A stretch of 64,000 bases of DNA from Bacillota bacterium (GCA_018333655.1 JAGXTJ010000034.1:12716-76715), one strand, 5' to 3'; positions 35,913 to 45,936 are shown, counted from the stretch's first letter. Notes: a model not told the origin generated them from the letters alone. Program-made: numbers and translations.

Positions 35913-38396
35913 GTGAGCAAAGTGGACGCGCGTATTATATCTCCCGAGGAGTATCTAGGGTTTGCAGTTGGGGCTGACCGCTGCCTTGCTGATTGGGAAC
36001 AAGTAGTGGGGTATTTTCGCCTGGCTGCAGAAGCGAGCCCGAGAATTGCCTTTTCCGTAATAGGTTCGTCTACTGAAGGGCGGCCGCTAGGTGTGGCGAC
36101 CATTACTTCGCCGGAGAATCACCTGCACTTAGAGGAGTTTCGCCAAGTGCAAAAGCTTCTCGCCGATCCAAGGCTACTTAGTAATGACGAAGCAGCTTTG
36201 CTTTTGGATTCAGGCAAGACAGTGGTGCTTATCACCTGTGGCATACATGCTACCGAAGTGGGAGCCGCGCAGATGAGCATGCAGCTTGCTTACGAGCTGG
36301 CGACAGGTGAAGATATAGAGACCAGAGAAATTCTTGCTAACACTATTCTTCTCCTCGTGCCCTCTCTAAATCCCGATGGGCTGGACTTAGTGGTCAATTG
36401 GTATAGAGAAACCCTAGGCACTCGTTTCGAAGGGACGGCCCCGCCTGTTCTCTATCACAAGTATGCGGGTCATGACAATAATCGAGATTGGTTTATGTTT
36501 ACGCAACAGGAGACTCGCCTTGCGGTCCTGCACTTGCACAACCATTGGCACCCGCAAATTGTACTGGATATGCACCAACAAAACGCAGACGGTCCTCGCA
36601 TGGTGTTGCCGCCCTATATTGACCCATACGACCCGAATGTCGACCCCCTTATTAGACAAAATGCCGCCTGGCTCGGTCAAGCTATAGCAGCAGAGCTTAC
36701 GGGCAGGGGTAAAACGGGGGTGATGACAAATGTAATTTATGATGCCTACTCCCCCAATCGCGCCTACCAACACTACCATGGCGGGGTGCGTATTCTTGCT
36801 GAGGTGGCCAGCGTGCGCCTTGCTACACCCATTGCTCTAGACTTCGGTGACTTACAGGCAGGTCGCGGACAGGACCCGAAAATTGCCACTTGGAATCATC
36901 CCGCAGTGTGGCAAGGAGGGGAATGGCGCCTTAGAGACATCGTAGAATATAGTAAGATTTGCGCGTGGGCCTGCTTGCAACATGCCGCCAAGTTTCGCCA
37001 GCAATGGTTGCGTAATTTTTATGCTGTGGGGTGCAAGGCCGTTGCCGCCAAAGAGAGCCCTTATGCCTACCTTGTTCCTCGTGAACAAAGGGACGCCCAA
37101 GTGGCGCGCGAAATGCTCGAAATACTCATGTTTGCTGGGGTTGAGCTTCATGAGGCAGGGCAAGCGTTTGTCGCTGACGGCATAGACTATGCAGCGGGAA
37201 CCCGGGTAGTCCTTATGCAGCAGCCCTATGGTTGTTTCGCCAAAACAATGTTAGAAAAGCAGACCTATCCCGACCTACGTCTTTATCCGGGTGGGCCACC
37301 AAGACGCCCTTACGATTCCACCGCCCATAGCTTGCCCATGCAAATGGGTGTGGTAGCAGTGGAAGTACGGGCAGCCTTTGTGGCCGAACTGACAAAAGTG
37401 ACGCACCTCTCGCCGTTTGTACGGTCTGGTCGGCCTAAGCCAAAAATGAAGTGGCTGTACATACGCCCCGAGGCGAACCGTAGCTTCACGGCCATTACGC
37501 AGATCATAAAAGCTGGTTACCGGGTGTATAGGTTGTTCTACGAGCTAGACTCGCCACGGCTTCCGCCAGGTACCTTTGTCGTTTCTTCCGCGGCCCACAG
37601 GCTGGCTGTAAACTTAAGTGAAAAGTACGGCCTGGAAATCGGCTACCTAGAACATCTAGACCTAGAGGGAGCAGAGCTGCTTAAGATACCCCGTATTGGT
37701 GTCTACAAGAGCCATGTGCCCAACCCAGACGAAGGTTGGCTGAGATTTGTGCTTCTGGAGTATGAATTTTGTTTTGACATTTTAGATGATGCCGCGATAC
37801 GCCACGGGGCTCTTGGCGAACATTATGACGCCATCATCTTACCGTCAGCGCTGACTAAAGTTTTCAGCGAAGGGCACGCACAGGGGACATATCCTGCTCC
37901 CTACACGGGTGGGCTGGGTACACTCGGTGCAAAGGCGCTCTACCTTTTTGTCGAGGGCGGGGGCACGGTAGTTGCTGTTGACGGTGCCTGTGAATGGGTA
38001 GTACGTGAGCTAGCCTTGCCCGTACGGAATGTCGTTGCTAATTTACCTGAGAGCGAGTTTTACGCTCCTGGTTCATTTCTGCGTGTAGCGCTAGACACAC
38101 ATCATCCTTTAGGGTACGGCATGCCTCGCGAGGCCATCGTGGTCTCTAACCATAGTCCGGCTTTCGCTGTAGACAATGGCGGCAAAATAATCGGAAGGTA
38201 CCCTGTGGGCAGCCCCCTTGCGGCTGGATGGTTACTTGGCGGCGAGAAACTACAGGGTAGAGCGGCGCTAGTAGAGTGTTCTCTTGGGCTAGGTAGAATC
38301 ATCTTATGTGGCTTTCGTCCTTATTTTCGGGCCCAAGCGAGAGGAACATACAAGGTGCTTTTTAATGCGTTACTGCACTCTGTCCTAGAAAGGTAG
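35913..38396 (+). CDS. Large M14-family zinc carboxypeptidase-like protein with extended C-terminal region
   Basis: HxxE zinc motif in ITCGIHATEVGA. Later His cluster HLHNHWHPQIVLDMHQQ. 827 aa. GTG start after AAGGAG. Confidence 0.6.
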   Translation: MSKVDARIISPEEYLGFAVGADRCLADWEQVVGYFRLAAEASPRIAFSVIGSSTEGRPLGVATITSPENHLHLEEFRQVQKLLADPRLLSNDEAALLLDSGKTVVLITCGIHATEVGAAQMSMQLAYELATGEDIETREILANTILLLVPSLNPDGLDLVVNWYRETLGTRFEGTAPPVLYHKYAGHDNNRDWFMFTQQETRLAVLHLHNHWHPQIVLDMHQQNADGPRMVLPPYIDPYDPNVDPLIRQNAAWLGQAIAAELTGRGKTGVMTNVIYDAYSPNRAYQHYHGGVRILAEVASVRLATPIALDFGDLQAGRGQDPKIATWNHPAVWQGGEWRLRDIVEYSKICAWACLQHAAKFRQQWLRNFYAVGCKAVAAKESPYAYLVPREQRDAQVAREMLEILMFAGVELHEAGQAFVADGIDYAAGTRVVLMQQPYGCFAKTMLEKQTYPDLRLYPGGPPRRPYDSTAHSLPMQMGVVAVEVRAAFVAELTKVTHLSPFVRSGRPKPKMKWLYIRPEANRSFTAITQIIKAGYRVYRLFYELDSPRLPPGTFVVSSAAHRLAVNLSEKYGLEIGYLEHLDLEGAELLKIPRIGVYKSHVPNPDEGWLRFVLLEYEFCFDILDDAAIRHGALGEHYDAIILPSALTKVFSEGHAQGTYPAPYTGGLGTLGAKALYLFVEGGGTVVAVDGACEWVVRELALPVRNVVANLPESEFYAPGSFLRVALDTHHPLGYGMPREAIVVSNHSPAFAVDNGGKIIGRYPVGSPLAAGWLLGGEKLQGRAALVECSLGLGRIILCGFRPYFRAQARGTYKVLFNALLHSVLER

Positions 38397-38485
38397 ATGG
38401 CGCAGGCGATTGGAAGGGACATCCATTTGCGAGGAAAGGCCTGCTCTGATATTCTAAGAGAAGATGGCGAGTGGAGGAGAAGTAC

Positions 38486-38860
38486 ATGGATTATCGTAAA
38501 ACGAAGGTGCAAGCAGTCATATTAAATGGGCACTATGTCCTCATGGTAAGAACGCCGGGGGGCATTTGGGGTTTACCGAGCGGTTATGCCGAAGAAGGAG
38601 AGACGCCGGATATCGCTCTCTTGCGTGTTGTCAGCGAGACTACCGGTTATGAGGTGCGGGTCAGAAAGCACCTCACGCGTGAGAAGCTGAACGACGAGAA
38701 CTGCAGGCTGTTGCTGACTTTTCTGGCGGAGGGTCTCTCTAAGCAGTACGACCCTAAGGCACATAGGGGCCCCCTCGAAGTAGATTGGCGAAGCATACGC
38801 TCGCCCGAGCTCAAAGAAGAAATCTATGACAAACACTTGGCGGGCAAAGAAAGAATTTAA
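38486..38860 (+). CDS. NUDIX hydrolase
   Basis: Nudix box GLPSGYAEEGETPDIALLRVVSETTGY. Confidence 0.7.
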   Translation: MDYRKTKVQAVILNGHYVLMVRTPGGIWGLPSGYAEEGETPDIALLRVVSETTGYEVRVRKHLTREKLNDENCRLLLTFLAEGLSKQYDPKAHRGPLEVDWRSIRSPELKEEIYDKHLAGKERI

Positions 38861-38886
38861 GGATAGGTAAGTAGGGAGGCGTGAAT

Positions 38887-40065
38887 ATGTCAGAGAAGTT
38901 GCGTTTTGTGGAAGAGGTAGTTAACGATCTCAAAGACAGCGGCTTGTACAATGATATTAAGGTAATCGGCAGTGCCCAAGGGGCCTGGATTGAGATTTTG
39001 GGCCAGAGGGTTCTCAATTTATGTTCTAACAACTACTTAGGCCTCGCTAACGACCCGCGTCTATGTCAGGCTGCCAGCGAGGCCATTGCGACTTTTGGTG
39101 TGGGCCCTGCAGCAGTGCGTAGCATCGCCGGCACGACGGCACTACATGAGGCCCTAGACAAGCAAGTTGCTCAGTTTAAGCGTGTTGAAGCTGCACTGAC
39201 ACTGCAGTCTGGTTTTATGGCCAATGTGGCTGTTATACCAGCTTTAGTGGGTAAGGGCGACACCATTGTCTCAGATGAGCTCAACCATGCCAGTATCATT
39301 GACGGTGCACGCCTAAGCCGCGCCGAGATAAAACCATACAAACATAATGACATGTCTTCACTAGAGGCTATACTCAGTGAAATCAAAACGGGGCGCATCT
39401 TGGTCATCAGCGATGGGGTCTTCAGCATGGACGGCGATATTGCGCCCTTGCCAGAGATCGTGGCCATAGCTGATCGTTTCGGCGCCATGACTATGGTAGA
39501 CGATGCCCACGGCGAAGGTGTTTTAGGCGAGAACGGGCGAGGCATTGTGGACCACTTTCACTTGCATGGTAAAGTTGACGTAGAGGTGGGCACTTTTTCT
39601 AAGGCTATTGGCACCATTGGTGGTTTTGCCGCAGGTAGCACTAACCTTATCAATTATCTGAAGCAAAAGGCCCGTCCTTTCTTGTTTAGCTCCGCACTCA
39701 CACCCGCCGATGTTGCTTCAACCTCTAAGGCGATAGAAATACTGACCGAGAGTGGCGCACTGGTCGAAAAATTATGGGAAAACGCTGCCTACTTCAAAAG
39801 CGGTATGAGCAGCCTAGGTTTTAATATCGGCATTAGTCAAACCCCCATCACCCCAGTTATGCTAGGTGATGTGCAGTTAGCGACGCAATTTAGCCGTGAG
39901 CTGTTCAAACGTGGTGTCTTTGCCACAAAAATAGGTTTCCCCACCGTGCCGCATGGTAAGGCACGCATCCGCGCCATGATCTCTGCTACCCATAGCCAAG
40001 AAGATCTCGACTTCGCCCTCGCCCAATTCGCCATCGTTGGCCGCGCCCTCTCCGTCATCTCTTAA
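38887..40065 (+). CDS. kbl: 2-amino-3-ketobutyrate CoA ligase / 8-amino-7-oxononanoate synthase family (Kbl-like)
   Basis: [57 protein letters not shown] (PLP-Lys), [21 protein letters not shown]. Closest to Kbl from memory. Confidence 0.7.
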   Translation: MSEKLRFVEEVVNDLKDSGLYNDIKVIGSAQGAWIEILGQRVLNLCSNNYLGLANDPRLCQAASEAIATFGVGPAAVRSIAGTTALHEALDKQVAQFKRVEAALTLQSGFMANVAVIPALVGKGDTIVSDELNHASIIDGARLSRAEIKPYKHNDMSSLEAILSEIKTGRILVISDGVFSMDGDIAPLPEIVAIADRFGAMTMVDDAHGEGVLGENGRGIVDHFHLHGKVDVEVGTFSKAIGTIGGFAAGSTNLINYLKQKARPFLFSSALTPADVASTSKAIEILTESGALVEKLWENAAYFKSGMSSLGFNIGISQTPITPVMLGDVQLATQFSRELFKRGVFATKIGFPTVPHGKARIRAMISATHSQEDLDFALAQFAIVGRALSVIS

Positions 40066-40201
40066 CCTCCCCAATCCCCCCCTTTCCCAGTTCTCGTCTC
40101 TATCTTCTTGTTTCCTGCTTCTATCTTCTTACCTCTAACTTCTTGCCTCTTGTCTCTTGTTTCTTATCTCCTGCCTCTTGCCTCTTCTATCTAACCTCTA
40201 G
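40066..40201 (+). repeat. Polypyrimidine (C/T-only on + strand) low-complexity tract with degenerate ~21-nt periodicity
   Basis: Intergenic kbl-yhaM. cctccccaatcccccccctttccc...tctatcttcttg tttcctgcttc tatcttcttacc tctaacttcttg cctcttgtctcttg tttcttatctcctg cctcttgcctcttc tatctaacctctag. Almost no purines over about 135 nt. Confidence 0.8.
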
Positions 40202-40216
40202 TTAAGGCGGTGTCGT

Positions 40217-41203
40217 TTGAAAAAGATATACATCAGAGATCTTGCCGTGGGCATGCAAATCAAGAGTCCTTTTATTGTGGTCGATAGAAGGCTCATCAAT
40301 TACACCCGCAATGGGGCACCAGCTTGCGGGCTCGTCCTGACGCTCGGGGATAGGACGGGCAAAGCCTCGGCGGTTACCTGGCACGAGGCCCTTGTCAAAG
40401 ACTCATCCTACCGCAAAGATGATGTCGTGTTGGTCATGGGTAAGGTGCAGGACTACAAAGGCGAGAAGCAAATTTATCTGGAAGAAGTCTCTAAGGCCAA
40501 CTTGGCAGAAGTGAACGCCGAAGATTTTTGTGCTCCTCCACCACGGCCCATAGATGCGATGTGGCGCGAGCTAGAGGGGTACATGGCGACCATCAGTAAT
40601 CCCTATCTTAAAGCGCTGCTAGCGGCTTGCTTTGCTGACCCGCAAATTAAACATGCCTTTTGTCAGACCCCTGCCGGACGCGAAGTCCATCATGCCTACA
40701 CGGGGGGTCTCTTGCAACATACTCTAGAAGTTATCTCTTACGCGGAAAAGATGGTTGAAGTGCAAGGCAATTACCTGAATCGAGATTTGCTTCTAACGGG
40801 CGCAATTCTCCACGATTATGCTAAAGTGGACGAATACGAGCTGCGTGCTTTTACATATGACTTTACGGACCGCGGGAGGCTCATCGGGCATCTCGTACTA
40901 GGTTCGGAAAGAGTCGGTAAACTTGCTCTGGGCATAGAGAACTTCCCCCCGTTGCTTCGTGATGAACTTCAGCACATGATCTTAAGTCATCACGGGCACC
41001 GCGAATGGGGTTCTCCTGAAGAACCCAAGACCGCTAACGCCGTGGCCTTACACCTGGCAGATCTCACCAGTGGGAAGATAGGGCAGGTAGAGCGAATCAT
41101 TAAAGACACTTTGTCGCTTGGCGAACGTTGGTCCGCCTGGGACAAGCGACTAGAGTGCGCAATTTTAGCAGCTAACTGGGGAGGCGAGGATCATGAAGCG
41201 TAA
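40217..41203 (+). CDS. yhaM: 3'-5' exoribonuclease YhaM (OB-fold plus HD domain)
   Basis: N-terminal OB fold. HD motifs HHAYTGGLLQHTLEV, LHDYAKV, HMILSHHG. Confidence 0.75.
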   Translation: MKKIYIRDLAVGMQIKSPFIVVDRRLINYTRNGAPACGLVLTLGDRTGKASAVTWHEALVKDSSYRKDDVVLVMGKVQDYKGEKQIYLEEVSKANLAEVNAEDFCAPPPRPIDAMWRELEGYMATISNPYLKALLAACFADPQIKHAFCQTPAGREVHHAYTGGLLQHTLEVISYAEKMVEVQGNYLNRDLLLTGAILHDYAKVDEYELRAFTYDFTDRGRLIGHLVLGSERVGKLALGIENFPPLLRDELQHMILSHHGHREWGSPEEPKTANAVALHLADLTSGKIGQVERIIKDTLSLGERWSAWDKRLECAILAANWGGEDHEA

Positions 41204-41606
41204 TCTGTCCATTCTCTTGGTTGTCGTGGTCGTGGGCATCGTTTGGTACCTGTCTAGACCGGCGGTTCCCGCTATAAAGTCTGTCGCACCGCTTACCGAG
41301 TTCCATCAGGCCATCGAACGAGGGCGCCCGATTTTCATTATGTTTACGAAGACGGGTTGCAGTTCCTGTGTGGCCATGTATCCCATTGTGCAAACCCTCA
41401 AGGATGAATTTGAGGACCGTATGGCGATGATTGTTGCCGACATCGGGGACGACCAAGGCTGGGAATTGTCCAGAGAGTTTGACTTTAGGGCTGTACCGCA
41501 CTTTATTGTGATTGGCAATCAAGGGGGCCAAGATACCTATACCGGGCACACAACGGCAGAACAACTACGTGGAATGATAGAGGCAGCGTTGGCGTGGGCG
41601 CCTTAG
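41193..41606 (+). CDS. Membrane-anchored thioredoxin-like protein (CxxC = CSSC)
   Basis: N-terminal TM helix. FTKTGCSSCVAMYP thioredoxin-fold active site. Paired with ccdA downstream. Confidence 0.6.
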   Translation: MKRNLSILLVVVVVGIVWYLSRPAVPAIKSVAPLTEFHQAIERGRPIFIMFTKTGCSSCVAMYPIVQTLKDEFEDRMAMIVADIGDDQGWELSREFDFRAVPHFIVIGNQGGQDTYTGHTTAEQLRGMIEAALAWAP

Positions 41607-42271
41607 AGACTTTGCAGTCCCTGCTGACGGGCAATTTTCCGGTGGCCTTGTTGGCCTCTTTTTTCGCCGGACTACTCACAAGTTTTTCTCCTTGTGTCAT
41701 TGCCATGTCTCCTGTAGTGCTCGGCTATGTTGGTGCCTATGGTGGTAACAATAAATTGCGCAATTTACAGTTAGTCGTGTTCTTGGTAGTCGGCCTAGCA
41801 GTGGCCTTTGCCATACTCGGGCTCATTGCTGCGCTCATTGGGGGTATTTTCGGTCAGCTTTCTGACGTAGCGCCGCTAGTCCTCGGAGCCGTGCTGATCA
41901 TTGTGGGGCTAAACTTGATGAAACTAGTTACTATTCCAGCCCTTGGCCTAAAGAAATGGCCAGTCCGCGTCAGCGGCAGAGGCGGCGCATTTTTGACAGG
42001 GCTCTTTTTTGGTGTGGCGGCCTCGCCATGCGCTACTGGGTTTCTGGCCGTTATTATCAGCCTGGCAGCGGTCTCGGATCGCCCCCTGCAGAGTGCAGCC
42101 CTGCTCTTTGCCTACGGCCTAGGACATGGCGTCCCCCTCATAATCGTGGGACTGACCGCCGGAACTATTAAATCGTTGCGTCAATTTAGTCAGTACTGGG
42201 ATTATTTCTCTTATGTGGCAGGGTTGCTGTTCGTCGGTGTTGGTGTTTACCTGTTTGCCTTGTGGCTGTAG
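41594..42271 (+). CDS. ccdA: Cytochrome c-type biogenesis protein CcdA (DsbD-like thiol-disulfide transporter)
   Basis: Two conserved Cys in TM helices (SFSPCVIAM; AASPCATGF). 6 TM helices. Confidence 0.8.
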   Translation: MGALETLQSLLTGNFPVALLASFFAGLLTSFSPCVIAMSPVVLGYVGAYGGNNKLRNLQLVVFLVVGLAVAFAILGLIAALIGGIFGQLSDVAPLVLGAVLIIVGLNLMKLVTIPALGLKKWPVRVSGRGGAFLTGLFFGVAASPCATGFLAVIISLAAVSDRPLQSAALLFAYGLGHGVPLIIVGLTAGTIKSLRQFSQYWDYFSYVAGLLFVGVGVYLFALWL

Positions 42272-42296
42272 TCATAGTCATAACGTAGTTCGACAA

Positions 42297-42326
42297 GAAC
42301 CTGTGAGTCTTTCACAGGTTTTTTGC
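42297..42326 (+). terminator. Rho-independent terminator after ccdA
   Basis: aacctgtga-gtcttt-cacaggtt followed by TTTTT. Confidence 0.75.
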
Positions 42327-42368
42327 TATGGCATAAACTAAGGCAAAAGCAACAGGGGGTGGAGAAAT

Positions 42369-43505
42369 ATGAGGGTGCTATTCGCCCTGCCCCCAGCGCC
42401 AGCAGTTTCAGGGTTGTCCCTAGTGCGAATCTATGTCCTTCGCCTTGCGGCTGCTCTCGTTCGGCGGGGAATGAGTGCGTATGTGCTAATGCCACATAAC
42501 ACAGAGCCATCCTATCCAGAGGTGGCAGGGCTCAAAGTAATCTACTGGCCAGACAATGACAATCCGAGTTTGCGTGCCATCCTGAGGGAGATTCGACCCC
42601 ATGTCGTGCAGGTAGAAAACCGCCCGGAGCTAGTACCCGACATTCGCCAGGCCTTTTCTGGGCAATTGGTGCTCAACTTGCACCATCTATGGCCCCTAAG
42701 GAGGGAAAATATATCGCGAGATGCCTTGCGCGTGGCGCTATGCCTCGTAGACCACATTGTACTCGGCAGTTACTATGAGAAGAGTCTCTTCTTGGGTCGG
42801 TTTTTTGGTTTGCGCTGTCGCACCCATGTGGTCTATCCGGGGGTAGATGTGGAAGAATTCCGACCGTATACCGGCGACGCCGTACTGCAGCGCGAGAGAA
42901 CCCAGTGGCGTCAGCGCCTTGGTCTAGCAAAGCAGGATTTTGTCGTCCTCGCGGTGGGCCAGAGTGGCGCACAGTCGGGAATAGACATCGTTTTGCAGGC
43001 CGCCAAGCTAGCCAATATCAGGCATCTAAAGGTGCTCCTTGTGAATGCCAATCTCGATGACTTATCGACTACGGGGTATGTGAACCCAAGCTTAGCTCCT
43101 GCTCTAATTGCTCCCCCTGCTCGCCTATTTGACACCGCTAATGCGCGCGATTTACCCGCCCTCTACCGTGTTGCCGATGCCTTTGTCTCACCCAGTCAGG
43201 TGCGCACTTCACTGGGCATGGTCAACTTGGCGGCACAAGCGTCTGGCTTGCCTCTAGTGACCGGCCTGCGCGGAGGTATTGTGGAGATGGTGGACCATAG
43301 GTGGACGCTTCTCTTGCGCAAGCACGGTGAGGCCAGTGCTTGGGCCAACGCCCTGCTTACCATTCTGCGAAGTGAAAGACTGCAGACGGAGATGGCCTTT
43401 CGTGGTCGAGAATTTGCCAAAGGTTTTGGCTGGGAACAGAGCGCACGGGGCTTTTTGCCGCTCTATAGTGGTTTTGCGCCACCCCGACCCTTCGGTTCCA
43501 GCTAA
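42369..43505 (+). CDS. Glycosyltransferase family 4 (GT-B, group 1)
   Basis: C-terminal GT1 signature (FVSPSQVRTSLGMVNLAAQASGLPLVTGLRGGIVEMV). Start uncertain. Confidence 0.65.
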   Translation: MRVLFALPPAPAVSGLSLVRIYVLRLAAALVRRGMSAYVLMPHNTEPSYPEVAGLKVIYWPDNDNPSLRAILREIRPHVVQVENRPELVPDIRQAFSGQLVLNLHHLWPLRRENISRDALRVALCLVDHIVLGSYYEKSLFLGRFFGLRCRTHVVYPGVDVEEFRPYTGDAVLQRERTQWRQRLGLAKQDFVVLAVGQSGAQSGIDIVLQAAKLANIRHLKVLLVNANLDDLSTTGYVNPSLAPALIAPPARLFDTANARDLPALYRVADAFVSPSQVRTSLGMVNLAAQASGLPLVTGLRGGIVEMVDHRWTLLLRKHGEASAWANALLTILRSERLQTEMAFRGREFAKGFGWEQSARGFLPLYSGFAPPRPFGSS

Positions 43506-43600
43506 CTTTAGCGCGTAATAGTACGAATTGTGTCGCAAAGAAATGCTTGGCAATTTCGTGGCAAAATGTTATCATTTTATCAAAAGACAGGAGGGTGATG

Positions 43601-43843
43601 GTGGTGTTTGTCACCTTGGTTAGTACGGAAAAACAAGTCGCTGCCATAGTCCGTTTGCGCGATGATAGCCAGGTAGAGATTGCCACCGAACAAAAATCAC
43701 TCTCCGAACTGCTAAGTCAAATCTATCGACCCATGATGACCCCCATGGAGTTCGCGCTGGCCAATCACCTGCTCAACGGGTTTCGCGAGCTTGGCATTAC
43801 TTGGGAAGTAAGGCTGAGAGAAGAAAGTATGTGTATAGAGTAG
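43601..43843 (+). CDS. Small hypothetical protein (about 80 aa)
   Basis: ATG after GGAGGG RBS. No recognised family. Terminator-like hairpin downstream. Confidence 0.3.
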   Translation: MVFVTLVSTEKQVAAIVRLRDDSQVEIATEQKSLSELLSQIYRPMMTPMEFALANHLLNGFRELGITWEVRLREESMCIE

Positions 43844-43851
43844 GTGCCCGC

Positions 43852-43884
43852 AAACTGTCGACGCAGTTGTCGGCAGTTTTTTGT
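43852..43884 (+). terminator. Rho-independent terminator (imperfect stem)
   Basis: aactgtcgac-gcagt-tgtcggcagtt followed by TTTTTT. Confidence 0.5.
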
Positions 43885-43980
43885 TTGAGGCCGAGAAGAA
43901 ACTTAAGTGTTGAATGTGGTTAGCGAGTCTAGGGTGTGGTAGAATGGGCAATGGAGAGTGCAGATGCGGAGGGGTTTTTT

Positions 43981-45081
43981 ATGCGCGAAATCATCAAGTT
44001 AAGTCTAATACTTGCCATTATTTGCTCTGTTGCCGGCGCGGCATTAGCAGCCACCTATTCTGTAACGAGCAATATCATCGCTGAGCGGCAGCAGGCGGAG
44101 TTAAATATGCGCCTGCAGGAGCTCCTACCACTCGCGGATACTTTCACCCCTGTGGTGGCCGATGGCGTGACTTACTACCTGGCAACCCGCGCGGGGCAGC
44201 CTGCAGGGGCCGTGATGGTGGCGGCGGGCAGGGGATATGCCGGACCCATAGATTTGTTGGTGTCTTTTGCGGCTGATGGCAAGGTGCAGGGTGTTAAGGT
44301 CACCGGTCACAGTGAGACGGCGGGCATTGGAAATCGGGTAGAGACGCCAAGCTTTTTAAGACAGTTTGTTGGCAAAGAACAGGGGCAACCAGTTGCTATC
44401 GGCCAAGACATTGTCGCTGCTACAGGCGCTACAGTCTCGGCGCGTGGGGTCGCGGCAGGCGTGCGCCAGGCCATTGCCGACTTTAATGTGCATGTACTAC
44501 GCGCTCCCCCAACTATTGAAGAGTTCGACTTGTCGCGCGTGCGCGATGGCGTATATAAGGGAGAAGCTCCGGGCTTTTATGGCCCAGTCACGGTTGAGGT
44601 CACCGTTCTCGGCAGCAAAATCACACAAGTCACGGTTAGCCACGTTGATACGCCAGAGGTGGCAGATGAGGCTGCGGAGATCATTCCGCGTCGCATAGTT
44701 GACAAGCAGCATTTTCGGGTCGATGTAGTGTCAGGAGCGACCGCTACAAGTGAAGCCATCATGCTGGCGGTGCGAAATGCAGTACCAGAGCCCGTCTTAG
44801 AAATTAGCGAGTTGGCAGATGGCGAGTATGAGGGTGAAGGCGAAGGCTTAATGGGCCCCATCCGGGTTCGCGTTACAGTACAAGGTGGTAGGGTGGTCAA
44901 CATCGGAGTTCTGGCGCATAGCGAGACGCCCGACTATGCTGCCCGTGCTTTTCCGGTGATCACAGCGGCGGTCATGGAGAAACAGGCTCTGCAAGTTGAC
45001 GTCGTGAGTGGAGCGACCGCGGCGAGCGAGGGGCTACTGACTGCACTCAAAACAGCTCTAGAAAAAGCGCCGCTCAGGTAG
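43981..45081 (+). CDS. Membrane-anchored extracytoplasmic protein with three FMN_bind (RnfG/NqrC-type) domains
   Basis: N-terminal TM helix. Domain 1 RnfG-like (VTGHSETAGIG..., IVAATGATVSARGV). Domains 2 and 3 each carry a flavinylation-type motif (VDVVSGATATSEAI; VDVVSGATAASEGL). ATG 7 nt after GGAGGGG. Confidence 0.75.
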   Translation: MREIIKLSLILAIICSVAGAALAATYSVTSNIIAERQQAELNMRLQELLPLADTFTPVVADGVTYYLATRAGQPAGAVMVAAGRGYAGPIDLLVSFAADGKVQGVKVTGHSETAGIGNRVETPSFLRQFVGKEQGQPVAIGQDIVAATGATVSARGVAAGVRQAIADFNVHVLRAPPTIEEFDLSRVRDGVYKGEAPGFYGPVTVEVTVLGSKITQVTVSHVDTPEVADEAAEIIPRRIVDKQHFRVDVVSGATATSEAIMLAVRNAVPEPVLEISELADGEYEGEGEGLMGPIRVRVTVQGGRVVNIGVLAHSETPDYAARAFPVITAAVMEKQALQVDVVSGATAASEGLLTALKTALEKAPLR

Positions 45082-45107
45082 CGCAAGTAGTATTTGACTG
45101 ATTCATT

Positions 45108-45143
45108 AAGCTACCGTCTAGGGTGGTAGCTTTTCACTTTTTG
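45108..45143 (+). terminator. Rho-independent terminator between the FMN-binding gene and mrpE
   Basis: aagctacc-gtctagg-gtggtagctt followed by ttttcacttttt. Confidence 0.6.
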
Positions 45144-45154
45144 GAGGTGGCAAT

Positions 45155-45655
45155 GTGCCCAGTTGGAAACGCAGGTTAGGCTGGACTGTAGTCCTGTTCT
45201 TAACTTGGATACTATTTGCCCAGAGCTTTCATTGGCAATCGCTGATAACCGGGATTGTGGTAGCTTTTTTTGTCACAATGTGGAACGATGATTTGCTCCT
45301 TAGTCTAAGCAACGACTTACATGTAGAGCGTAGGACTATGGTCCAGTGGTTTATGTTTGCGGTGTGGTTAGTAATTGATATATGCAAAGCCGCCTGGCAA
45401 GTAGCTGTGGTTGCCTGTGCGTTTCGCATGGACATACAGCCCCAGTACGTAACGCATCCCATCAAAGTGCATGAACCTGCCATGCGCATGGTTCTGGCCA
45501 ATAGTATTACTCTGACACCAGGCACCCTTACTGTGGAGGCTCCGCAAAAGGGTGAGTTTGTGGTGCATGCCCTGACGGACGCGGCGGCCGAGGGCCTCAA
45601 AGACTGGCACATCGAGAATCGTCTGGTGGCCATAGAGAGGAGACTGCCTAGATGA
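45155..45655 (+). CDS. mrpE: Mrp-type cation/H+ antiporter subunit E
   Basis: MnhE-like (ITLTPGTLTVE). 4-nt overlap with the next gene. Confidence 0.75.
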   Translation: MPSWKRRLGWTVVLFLTWILFAQSFHWQSLITGIVVAFFVTMWNDDLLLSLSNDLHVERRTMVQWFMFAVWLVIDICKAAWQVAVVACAFRMDIQPQYVTHPIKVHEPAMRMVLANSITLTPGTLTVEAPQKGEFVVHALTDAAAEGLKDWHIENRLVAIERRLPR

Positions 45656-45921
45656 CATTATCGGCCTTGCTCATCACCTGCCTAGGGTTAGTTCTGCTCA
45701 CCTTTGCTGCCCTCTATCGCGCTGTGGCTGGGCCCACACCGGCAGATCGGGTGGTGGCCATTAACGTGATTGGCACAAAAACCATGGTCGTACTCATATT
45801 AATTGGTTATATTTTTCAGGAGGCTCCGTTCTATATCGACGTGGCCATGGTCTATGCGCTTATTAGTTTCTTGCTGACTATTGGCGTTGCGCGCTACCTC
45901 GAAAAAGGCACCATTGTGTGA
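45652..45921 (+). CDS. mrpF: Mrp antiporter subunit F
   Basis: 89 aa, 3 TM, MnhF-like. Confidence 0.7.
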   Translation: MTLSALLITCLGLVLLTFAALYRAVAGPTPADRVVAINVIGTKTMVVLILIGYIFQEAPFYIDVAMVYALISFLLTIGVARYLEKGTIV

Positions 45922-45936
45922 GGAAGGAGCAACAAC

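Noticed and set aside
43510-43600. TGGCAA-N11-TGGCAA direct repeat resembling a sigma-54 promoter upstream of the small hypothetical gene
   Set aside because: It lacks the TTGCW -12 element at the right spacing, and no enhancer-binding protein gene is nearby. Treated as an unassigned repeat only.
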